Source: Convolutriloba macropyga
Taxonomy: Eukaryota
Assembly: GCF_964194025.1 (NCBI RefSeq)
Contig: NC_134482.1
Location: 18,786,001-18,850,000, forward strand
Direction of reading: 5' to 3'
DNA: 64,000 nucleotides
Shown: positions 36,841-46,910 of the stretch, piece by piece
How positions within the stretch are numbered: position 1 is the first letter of the stretch
How the letters are laid out: each line of letters starts with the position of its first letter
The notes under the pieces: generated by a model
What the model was told of the DNA's origin: nothing
The model's database searches: none
What the model saw: the letters and a program-made list of their open reading frames with translations, nothing else
Position numbers and translations under genes: made by a program

Positions 36841-39287
36841 GGTAATCAAATCTACATGCCCGATTTTGGACCTTTTGGAGAATGGACAATTTTTTCATGC
36901 CAAGTCCGTTAAGGATCGAATTGCAGTAATCTAGGCGACTCATGATTAAGCATCTAACCAGCAGTATGCGTGTTTCAAAATCAACAAAATTTCGAAGAGA
37001 GTGGAGTATTCGGAGGTAGTGAAAGCAGTTTTTGGCAACAGTTTTTACTTGCTTCTCCATGTCAAGGTGTTTTTCAATTGTAACGCCAAGGCATTTCAGG
37101 GAGTTAGATAGCTTTACTTCAACGTTTCTGACTTTTATGGAGCTGATACTTGGCGCATTCTTTACGCTTGAAATGAGAATGGCTTCTGTTTTACTTTCGT
37201 TAACCTGTAGGCCAGCATTCGCAAACCAGTATAAAACTTTTTGAATGGTAAGTTCAACGGAATTTGCATTGAAGATGTTTTGAAGAGCATTCAAAGTAGA
37301 GGATGGTGTCATCAGCATATAGTTGATAATTTACTTTAATTTCTTTGAGTAGGTCACCCAACGGTGTAAGATAGACACTGAAAAGCATAGGCCCAAGAAT
37401 GGAACCCTGAGGTAAACCAGAATCGAGAAGTGCAGGTTTTGAGACTGAATCGTTGACTAAAACAAGTTGTGTTCTTCCCAAGAGATAAGACTGAAGCCAC
37501 TTTTTGGCTGTATACCTTATGCCAAAACGATCTTCACAAATATGTAAGAGAACTTTGTGGTTCAGTGTATCAAAAGCCGCCTGCAAGTCGAGAGCCACTG
37601 TAAAAACAAACGAATGTTTATCAAGCATCTTTCGTGTGTTCATGAAAGTATGCAATAAGGCAGTTTCTGTGGAGAAAGTTTCACGGTAGGCGGATTGCTG
37701 ATCATCTAGGGGTGAGTTCACATTAAAATAACTTATAATTTGCTCAAATGCAAGACATTCAAGGACTTTGGATAAAAAGATTAGGTTACTAATAGGTCTA
37801 TAATTTGATAGAATTTCAGGATCAAGACTTTCATTTTTCAGCTTGGGAATCACTATCGCAATCTTGAAATCATCTGGAAAAACTCCTTGTTCAAATGACG
37901 TATTGAAAAGTAAGATTATTGTAGGCATAAAAGATGCTGAGAAATCTTTAAACACTGTAGATGGAATTACGTCGTGGTAGCTATTCGATGCTGATGTTTT
38001 CGCTAGGGCCCTTTGTAAGCTTTCCTCACTGACAGCTGCAAATTTTGCAAACCGAGGCGAGATTTTATTGCAGTGTACAGTAAACTTGGAAAATTTCGAG
38101 GTGATTTTGCAGACTTTTTTCCGGAAAAAGATTACAAATCTTTCAGCTAGGGCGCTTGCGTTCGTAAAACTCGGGGGCTTTAACTCACAGCCTTTCCCTA
38201 GGAGTGAATTCAAGATCTGGAACTTTTTTCTGTCTGGAGCTTTTGAAATATCACAAAGATTTTTGTCAAAGAATAATTTCTTTTTTCTATAGTAGAGATT
38301 TTGGTACTCTATAGCCTTGCTGAGGTCACTCTGAGCTGCTTTTGTCCGTTGTTTTCGGAATTCGCGCTCTTTTTTCCCTTTGTTCTTTTTTGATGCTATG
38401 AGATCGTCGTCGAAAAATGGGCATTTCTTGTGAAAACCTTTTCGTTGAATCGGTGGTGCATAGAAATCAACGTAACTACGAATGATGTCTAGGAACCATT
38501 TACATAAAGTATTCGGGTCGTCTGAAGTTCTAAGCGTGATTGCTGATGATATTTCAATTTCCTCGGCAACATTTTTCCAAGGCACTCATTTTAAATTGCG
38601 ATATGTGAAAGGGCGATTTCTGTGTTTTGGTTTATCAGAAACCGGCATGCCAAACTCAATCAAAAAATGATCACTGAAATCCAGTTGCTGAACAATCATT
38701 GGACAATTTTCGTAGTGTGTGGGCAAAAAGACTTGATCCAAAGTGTTACCATGTTTATGCGTGGGTTCGTGAACACGTGCTGACAACTCTAATGTGCTAA
38801 ATAGTTCCAAGATCAAATTTGCATATTTATTTTGGGTATTAAAATGGAGATTGAAATCGCCTAGGCAGATGACTTCATCGTAATCCAACGCCAAGGGGAC
38901 AACTTTTTCAGAGAATTCATCGTAGAACTTCAGGGATGAGGTACCAGGTATATGGTAAACAACTAGGAAGAGATAGGGCTTGGAGTGGAGCTTCAATTCA
39001 ATGGCTAACATCTCAAACGTGTCTGTTAGAGCAAAATCAATTATTTTGGCGTGAAAATTCACTTTATATATGAAACAGAGGCCGCCCCCTTCTCGTGAGA
39101 CCCTGGCATGTGAGTAATGAGAGTAGTTGTCTGAATGTTCGTAGCACTGCTCAAGAAGAAATTCCTCGTCCGAACGTTGCCACGTTTCACATAAAATAAA
39201 AACATCTGGATTGGATAGCATTATAAGTGAACTGATTTTCGAGCACTTGTTTCTCACTGATCGCGAATTCAAGAGGCCAATTTTCAT
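36841..39287 (-). pseudogene. L2 ORF2 (APE plus RT) with one in-frame TGA (38586-38588) and one frameshift (~37250-37320)
   Basis: ORFs 38586-39287 and 37254-38585 are in the same frame. The reading continues in 36593-37318. Confidence 0.88.
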
Positions 39288-39314
39288 TGAGTCCTTGAGC
39301 CGCTCAGGGAGTAG

Positions 39315-40217
39315 TCAGCTTCTGGGAAGATTTTTGAGCCACTGCCAGGCTCTTTCGTTCAGTCTGAACCTTCCAATGAGAATCCCTTGAGGCCAATTTT
39401 CAGCTTTTTCAATTTCTTCAATATCTTTTTCTTGAAAAACCGCATGGAAAGATTTATATGGTGATTCTTGTTTTGAGACTTCTCTGATATGTAGCAATTC
39501 TACACCAATTCCGGTACAGTATTGTTTGATATCGTCGTCGGTTGTTTCTCGTTGAGCCATACCTATGTACACATGCCTCCTGGACAGATTGGGTTTGCGA
39601 GGGGGGATAGCCTTGAAATTTGAGTTTGCAGATCCATCTCCGACTGCAATGATAGGGGCTGGCTTCACTGTTCTCTGTTTCGTTGGAGCTGCTTTTGGAT
39701 CGGCCGCTTCATTCGTTGAATGGAAAGTTTTCCGTTTCTTTGACTTCTGAGAGGAATCAGACATCATGCTGGATTGAGAGGGCTCACGAGATCGTGAGTC
39801 AAACCTCTTTGACTTCAGGATCTCAGCAAAAGTTAGATGAGATGCCGTGGCCGCTGTAGGCGCTGAGTCGGAAGATTCGACACGCGAGCGAAACTTCATT
39901 ACTTCCTGGTTTACTTGACTTAACATTTCTTCAATTTTCGTAAGTTCATTCTTCAAAAATTCTTTTTCGGATTTCTTATCGGATGAGCAATCGTTACAGC
40001 ACCACAGAAGGGTGCCTGTTTTGACAAGAGTTACATCTAGTGAGGGGTAGGCACAGGATGAATGAACTTTTTTCGAGCATACATGGCACTCCATTGAGTT
40101 TTCCGTAATTTTACTCGAGCAAAGAACGCATTGCTCAGTGATAAAGAGAGAACAAGTGTTCTGACTCGCCTCGTCAGTTGGTGGCGTGCAGTCGGTCGAG
40201 AGGGCGTCAGTTTCCAT
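39315..40217 (-). CDS. L2 ORF1 with N-terminal PHD finger, coiled coil and C-terminal RRM-like domain (intact)
   Basis: Contains CVLC..CHVC..HSSC..WCCNDC (C4HC3) and 'RHVYIG...SFHAVF...ENWPQGILIGRF'. First ATG (METDAL) is at 40217. Confidence 0.8.
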   Translation of the reverse strand: METDALSTDCTPPTDEASQNTCSLFITEQCVLCSSKITENSMECHVCSKKVHSSCAYPSLDVTLVKTGTLLWCCNDCSSDKKSEKEFLKNELTKIEEMLSQVNQEVMKFRSRVESSDSAPTAATASHLTFAEILKSKRFDSRSREPSQSSMMSDSSQKSKKRKTFHSTNEAADPKAAPTKQRTVKPAPIIAVGDGSANSNFKAIPPRKPNLSRRHVYIGMAQRETTDDDIKQYCTGIGVELLHIREVSKQESPYKSFHAVFQEKDIEEIEKAENWPQGILIGRFRLNERAWQWLKNLPRS

Positions 40218-40819
40218 CGTAGAGTCCACACAGACAACCACTATCACGATCGCACTCGAATGTTCTTTCCGGACCAAGGTTGTTGAGTTCTTTGCTGTAT
40301 TTTTTAAAAAGGAGCTTTTCTTTGATGAGGTTTTTAATGTTATTCACTCCTTCTGAGGTCAGATGAACGAGGGCCTTTTCCTTGTGGTGATGGTTCTTCA
40401 GGTGACGAAATTGAATGTACTTAGATAGACTGAGGAACTTCCACTTCGACTCTTTGGCTAACTTGGTAAGGATCTTATTGATTTCGTCCGCTCTCTAACA
40501 GTGAGTCCCTCTCTGAGGAATTCCCAGGATATAAACTTTTTTATAGCGTTCGGCAGTGAAATCGCCCAGTTTCTTGTTGTTTGGCAATCAGAGTTGCTGG
40601 TGTGGCCGACGGGATATTGTTATCGAAAGCGTTGTTCCCACCGATGAAAATAATGAATGTTTCGCACCGCTCAGTGCTCGGGAGATAGTCGTATGAGTGC
40701 TTGACCTGACCTCCGGGAAGCGACAAAACTGAGAAATTTCCAGTGAACAGGTCTTTAACTTGCGAGTCAGATATCATAAAAACTTTCGTTTGAGCTCTTC
40801 TAAAGATGTGATATCTCAT
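40207..40819 (-). pseudogene. Stand-alone SGNH esterase-like ORF of the L2 element (frameshifted near 40545-40580)
   Basis: Contains 'FMISDSQ', 'LSLPGG', 'FIGGNN', 'LVHLTSEG' and 'IKEKLLFKKYSK'. It aligns by eye with 32782-33430. Confidence 0.72.
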
Positions 40820-41090
40820 CTAAAACTCTGGTGAAACCTGAAGGTATCTGTGGAGTTTAGATGAGATGGTGATGAATGGAGATTACTCCGAAACTCCGGT
40901 GAAACCTGAAGGTATCTGTGGAGTGTGAAAGGAGCACTGTTAATTGCTTTCAGATATAGAACAATAACAGCTTGCAGATAAAGAATTGCTTGCTTCCAGA
41001 TATAGAACAATAACAGCTTGCAGTTTGTGCACTTTTAATCATCAATCAAGGGCATCCACGGCTACCCTGATAATCAAAGCAGATCTGAAA

Positions 41091-41121
41091 CTTTTTAATA
41101 AATTTATCACAACAATTAGGC
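41091..41121 (-). other. SL-like motif copy D (GCCTAATTGTTGTGATAAATTTATTAAAAAG)
   Basis: 29/31 match to the consensus. It lies about 50 nt inside the 5' end of the L2 element and is followed by TTTCAG. Confidence 0.75.
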
Positions 41122-41172
41122 TAAACCTAACCCCACAAAGCTCACGTGTTACCATGCAACTCTGCTCTGCGC

Positions 41173-43540
41173 TCTATTTGATAAGAAACTTCTCAATCCA
41201 TTAAATCGCCTTTACACGGATACTCTAGCAACAGTTTTCTTTGTATTTCATGATCGAGGAAAGCAAATGCTTTTTAAAACAAAAAATTAGAAGAGTTAAT
41301 TTTTTGATGTCTTGGTCTCTCTGCCAGCTCGGCCAATGAGTCATCCAATTTGGAGCCAGGTTTGCGGATGGGTATTGTCTTTGCCCGTTGTAATTCACTT
41401 GGGAGAAAACCTTTTTTTAAACCCATATTCATTAATCTTGTGAGACGCGATATAAGCTCAGGGGCAATAAATTTCAATAATATATTGCTTAGATGACTGT
41501 CTCCAGATGAGAACTTATTATCCGAGTCATTGAATATTTCCTGAACTTCTGGTTCATTCACGGGGAAGAAAAACATGAAAAATGAAAAACTCTCAGGAAA
41601 ATGAAGGACATTAGGGAGAGATACTTTAAGGTTTTTCACTTACAGAGCTAAAAAAATCGATCAGTATTTCAACAATTGTCAAAGGTGACGGTAAATCAGA
41701 GCACGTTACGTATTGTGAGAAAGCTGGCAGAGTATGGTCTTTAACGGATTGACCTTTTAAATCATTTAATGACTTAAATATTTGCCTTGAGTCTCCAATA
41801 CGAGATCGAAACCTCTTTTAATATTGATTTTTTGAGGTCTCCACCTCTTTGGCAAAATTTTCCCGCAGCTTTTTGCATTTTTTTTCATATTGTCAACATT
41901 AGGGTCCATCTTCGATTGTCTGTGCAATTTATTACGTTTGGAGCACAAACTTTTTCGCCTATTGGAATACCATTTAGCTCTTATTTCTGCACTTTGCCAA
42001 TGGAGAGAACTGGTATGTTACCTCAGAGACAACTTTATGGAAATAAGCAAATGAATCATTTTTGTGATTATTGTCAACTAGAAAATTCTGTGTTAACAGT
42101 AGTTCAGGTTGTAGAAAACCAATATCTCGAAAAATACAATTGCTCGTATATTAATGCCACAGGAAATGAAGATTCGGAACGGATCGGTTAAATTCTGATT
42201 TTCAGGTACTCCTGCTAAACTTTTGTATATTTTTTTGATAAAAAGTTTGTATTTTTTTGATAAAAAGTGAGCAAGGCAGGTGGAACATTCATCAATTACT
42301 CTGGTTGTTTTTTTCGACCAACATGTCAAATTCATTTGATTCGATGATGTTTATATACTGCTTCGTGAGATAAATTTTAACCAACATGTCTTAAAATCTC
42401 CAGACTGCTGTTGGTTTTGAACTTGGTATCTTTTCATGACACATCAGAATCCTCCAGGAATGCCATCTTTTTAGAGCTTGGAGGATTATAGCAGGAAAGT
42501 GAAGATAGAAGTCAGGACAGTGAAGATAGAATAATTTTTTTTCTGAAATTTCTGTTTCTTCAATCAAATTGACATCTCTATTTATTTTGATAGCACTACA
42601 TGTCCTAGAGTCACGAGCTTTAGAGGAAAATGATTATATTCTTTAATTATTTTTTAGCCAAGTTTCACTTAAGCAAATTATAGACGGTGGGGGCTAAAGG
42701 CTGTATACTAGTGCTACAAACTTAATTGTTTTTCTTCAGCGATCGCACATTCAAATGCTGTTTATAAAGGGTACTAAAATTGCGCAGTGCATTAACTGGA
42801 GATTTTTTTAAAGTTTCAAGATTATGAATGCTTTGTTAGTTTCTGGTTTCTTTTGCTGATCTTTGTTAATCAATATTTCACATTGGCGCTTCAATGTCTC
42901 AAGGATGTTTCTGCCAGTTTTTTTCTACCTCATCATGCTCATGTTTGCATTATGTCGACAAAATCTTGCAATGATTGGGCTTCCAGCCGGATCCCTCGAT
43001 GGCTGACGCTGGGAAATAGATAAACCTTCAATATTAAATGTTTTTCATAGCTTTCCAAATATCTACATTGGTTTTCAATGTGCAATCCGCGAACTTCTGC
43101 TCACTGTTCTCTGGAATTCGTGTGATTCGGTTGTTGTCGCGCCGGTTATAAGTTTCTAGTTCCTCAGCGTCGATGTTTTGAGATTGCAAAGCCTTTCTTG
43201 GAAACATGAATCTGCCGTAAATACATCCTGCACTTCATCCTTCACAGCTGCGATGGATTCTTCAATCATGTAGTTGGTAAATTTTTGGCAATATTTTTTG
43301 TATGGCATCCTCTATCCTTTGCATCGGCTCATTTTCGTCTTCTAAAATAGGATTTCAAGGCTCTTTTCTTATCAAGTGGTTTAACTGATGTAGGCGGAGT
43401 TTGGCCTTGATAACGGAGAACTGGTCGGGCAATCGAGTGTTCCAGACCAAAGGTATCATTAGTGTCGGTCTTTGTGCTAGCATCAATGTCTGCATTTTCA
43501 TCTCTGAAACTATTTAATTAGTTTATCACAACAATTAGGC
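41173..43540 (-). mobile_element. Older, degraded Crack-like LINE (ORF1, APE, RT N-terminus)
   Basis: ORF 41274-41639 reads 'NKFSSGDSHLSNILLKFIAPE...AKTIPIRKPGSKLD', with 'IGDSRQIF' near 41790 and APE remnants at 42100-42800. It starts with SL-like copy E. Confidence 0.8.
43510..43540 (-). other. SL-like motif copy E (GCCTAATTGTTGTGATAAACTAATTAAATAG)
   Basis: 30/31 match to the consensus, followed by TTTCAGAG-ATG. Confidence 0.8.
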
Positions 43541-44026
43541 TAATATTAATGAGTAAAATAGTTTCAGATACAAAATTGTGTACGGATCTGGTTTCAGTTG
43601 CAATAAGAAATGTTTACTGAAGACGCCAGGAATCTTTTTACTAGTTTGTATGCTACAATCACTCATTTATTAGTAGAAAAAATTGAAGTTATCGGTAACC
43701 TGCTCTCTTGTTCACAAATTAGATGTAGCGAATGGTCCCGGATTTTTTACGACCTCTGCACTGCAAATGAAAAAATATACTAGTCAAATAATTTATTTGT
43801 AATTCTAGTAATATACTAAAAGTTTTCTAATAGATTTAACTAATTATTACTGTCTCTGATGTACTCATTTTCACCATTAAGATTTTGTCTGCTCGGAATA
43901 ACTTGTTTCCAAAAACTTTTTTTTACTAAAATGCATTCGAATGAGGTAATTTATTTGTACCAGCAGCTGAGTTTCGTGTTCAATGTGTTTTACAAATCGC
44001 ATTTTAATTGGTAGTTCACTGTTTAG

Positions 44027-44297
44027 AGTACCAACAATGTTGAGATGTACAAAAAGCTCCATTTGCTCCTGAATGAAACTGCTTCCACTGCCAATGGGAA
44101 TCAAAATGGCTCCTCAGTTGAAAACTCTGAACGACCCAACCCACAATTTGACAAAGTCTGGGTAGACACTTGCCTCCGGACATCCAACTCAAGATATGAA
44201 AAATTGGACGCTGATTTGCGGAGTTACAAGTCGAACTCTATTAAGGAGAGTATTCGCAGAGGTCACAATGACATGGGAAAGCACTTTCTTAACACAG
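44027..44297 (+). CDS. GPS1: CSN1 coding exon 2
   Basis: TTTAG|STNNVEMYKKLH...EKLDADLRSYKSNSIKESIRRGHNDMGKHFLNT|GTAATG. The 'SIKESIRRGH' motif is diagnostic for CSN1. Confidence 0.95.
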
Positions 44298-44591
44298 GTA
44301 ATGCAGATCTGAAAATGAAGTAATCTATTTTGAACTACTTGCCTTGCAGTTAAAGACTCGGGTAAATTAAAAGATGTCCCCCCGTTTTTAGATAGAAACA
44401 TCTGACTTCATAAAAAACATGTGGTAATAGGATTGCTTTGATTCTGGGGTGAGGTGGGGGTACAAACGGAAAAGATAAGGAAGTTTTCTTCTTCATAAAA
44501 TCCGACAAACATAGGCACCATTCAACCAATCAAACCCCCCCTTTTTTTTAAAAAAAATAAATTTTGGTTGCAATCAACAGCAGAAATAGAG

Positions 44592-44950
44592 GGTTCTACT
44601 TCTTTTCACCCCTATTCATTTAACGCCCTACCATTTAACCCCTCTATCATTTCGCCCATCTATCATTTCATCCCCCCAATTAGCAGTCGACATTAAAGGC
44701 ATGTTTTGTCAATTAAGAGGATAAATTAATCCCACGTTCGGTTGTGATAGTTTCATATCAAGTCCCACGGGCCGCGGAGTCAGGGCAATGGCCCGCGAGG
44801 CATGACCAAATGATTATATTGCTAATTTTTAATGAGAAAGATTAAAATCGGGGTTAAAGGATAGAGGGGTTAAATGATACAGGGGTGAGTAAATGGGGGT
44901 TAATTGATAGGGGGTTAGTTAAATGAATAGGGGTGAAAAAGCGGGACACC
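44592..44950. mobile_element. Mutator-like MITE with 9-bp target-site duplication in CSN1 intron 2
   Basis: GAAATAGAG flanks both sides (44583-44591 and 44951-44959). Inverted ends are 'ttttcacccctattcatttaac' and 'gttaaatgaataggggtgaaaa'. Confidence 0.8.
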
Positions 44951-45164
44951 GAAATAGAGCATCAATCTTAGAGTCCCGAGTATTCGTCAACAAACGAAAG
45001 GGGAAAAAGTTGAAAGAACAGATGAAGAGTGATGTGACAGAAATAATTTAGAGAAGGAGGTTATCAACTAGCGCCATTATAGTGATAAAGCAAGTATTTT
45101 AGTTTGATTTTTAAACATTTACTGTTGAATAATTGATGATTTAATTGTGATTTTTGCCTCTCAG

Positions 45165-45420
45165 GTGATGTGCAGGCTGCTCTCAAGTGTTTCACGAGAA
45201 CACGTGACTACTGCACTTCGAGCAAACACATTCTTGACATGTGTTTCAATGTGATCGGAGTAAACATAATGCTGAAGAATTGGTTTCATGTGCAGAGTTA
45301 TGTGTTAAAGGCAGAACAGACCCAAGAACAGTCCACGCAAGAGACACTTCCTAAAAAAGTGCACAATAAAAATGCCTGGCTCAGATGTGCTACTGGAGTG
45401 TCAGAGTTGGCATTTAAGAG
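45165..45420 (+). CDS. GPS1: CSN1 coding exon 3
   Basis: CTCAG|GDVQAALKCFTRTRDYCT...NWFHVQSYVLKAEQ...|GTTTGC. Splice phases 1 and 2 are consistent with the neighbouring exons. Confidence 0.95.
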
Positions 45421-45845
45421 GTTTGCCTTTAAATTCATTTCATTTTAACGAAATTAAGATGTCGTTTGAGAGTTAAATTAGTTCTGCTGTAACTATAATT
45501 TAAAACTGCAAAACACTACACAGCATGGACGTCAAAAGAGCTATAAAGGTCATCAAGTTGACGCCCGTGTGACATAAGAAGTCAATTTAGAAAACAAACT
45601 GTTCATCAAGCTAAGCACGATATGATCTTAACTGGAGTTTCCAGAACTTTTTTCATAGAAACTGTCTAAAGCAAATGTACCAAAAGTATTTCAAGTAAAG
45701 ATGTCAAAGTTTTGTTTTAGACGTATTAGTCAACTATGCTTTCGGAGTTGAATTGTTTCTAGATGTTGAGATGACTATTTGATGGCGAATAATTTGTGCC
45801 TCAAGTTCAGAGACCAGAACTAAATTTGTCCTGTTTATATTATAG

Positions 45846-46560
45846 GTATAGAGCAACGGCAAAAGCATTCATCGGAATTTCGCCAGAAAACTGCCCGGAT
45901 GATTTCCTCTCACCGTCTAATGTCGCTCTGTACGGAGGTCTGTGTGCTCTGGCCTGCTACAACCGAGACGAGTTAAAAGACCACGTTCTATCAAATGCCC
46001 ATTTCAAACAGCTTCTGGAAACTGAGCCTCAATTACGTGAAGTAATCACGTCTTTCCATGGTTCCAATTACCACAGATGTTTCAAAATTATGGACGAAAT
46101 GCGAAATAACTGGCTGTTGGATATATATTTATCAAGTCATGTTGACACTTTGTATAACATGATCAGAGAACGAGCTTTATGTCAGTATTTCGGATCTTAC
46201 TCTTCAATTGATATGCGAAAAATGGCGGCTGCTTTCAACACTTCTGTGGATGAATTACAAGAAGAATTATCTCTTTTGATACAAAATGACGCTATCAAAG
46301 GTCGCATTGACTCACACAACAAAATACTTTTTGCAAAAGAGACTAACTACAGAACTGTAATTATGGATAAAGCGCTGGAACTAGGCCAAGAGTTTGAGAG
46401 GAAAAGTAGCGTTATGTTAGCTAAGTGTGCTCTAGTCAAAGCGAAAGTTGTCGTTGGTGGAAAACAGGGTGGGGGTCGTAGCGAACAACAGGCGACTTCC
46501 AGTTCATCACAAATGAGAAACGGAAACTTTTCGGGTGGTCATATGATTTTTGGCTCCTAG
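45846..46560 (+). CDS. GPS1: CSN1 coding exon 4 (PCI domain)
   Basis: Contains 'SPSNVALYGGLCALA', 'LLDIYLSSHVDTLYNMIRERALCQYF' and 'MAAAFNTSV..GRIDSHNKIL'. The four exons sum to 1512 nt, in frame. Confidence 0.96.
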
Positions 46561-46707
46561 ATACTCATATAAACTAGATTTATAACACGGTAGGAACCCA
46601 TTTTCAGTTAAAATTGAGCTAAATAATGGAATCATTGCTTTGAATGATCAGTTTGAACCATTGATTGGTTGGTTGGTTGTTCATTTTGCGTTAGTCGATT
46701 AAATTGG

Positions 46708-46828
46708 AATAAAATGTTTTATCTAAAGTGCTGAATAATTTGATCGACGTTAAACGATCGTTTCGTCTTGTATCGAGCTCAAATATTTGATTAGCAATTA
46801 AGTGTGTCGTGTATTGTTCCTGTTTCAG
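46708..46828 (+). promoter_or_regulatory. AATAAA poly(A) signal of CSN1, followed by a U-rich spacer and an unpaired 3' splice acceptor (TGTTTCAG)
   Basis: AATAAA at 46708-46713, 'attgttcctgtttcAG' ending at 46828, and the next ATG at 46911. Confidence 0.55.
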
Positions 46829-46910
46829 ATTACAGTCTGTTTTGTATCATCGTTTTGTAGACATTTCGTATCAAAATTTTGTAGTATTTCACGCGCCATT
46901 ACACACGTGA

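Larger units (their letters stand above)
35410..41172 (-). mobile_element. Full-length L2-clade LINE: esterase ORF, PHD-finger ORF1 and APE-RT ORF2, with an internal rearranged duplication
   Basis: APE 'NSRSVRNK..CETW..LGDFN..TLD..SDHF'. RT 'NYRPISNL', 'STETAL', 'LDLQAAFDT', 'GLPQGSILGP' and 'YADDT', plus the L2-typical 'HWLPI..RIRFKILLLVYK'. It ends in a microsatellite tail. Confidence 0.92.

Noticed and set aside
15509-43540. The SL-like motifs as functional SL RNA genes, or as shared insertion targets within SL genes
   Set aside because: None is followed by a GT donor plus Sm site after the terminal AG, the upstream flanks are unrelated, and no SL intron is seen at the elements' 3' ends.
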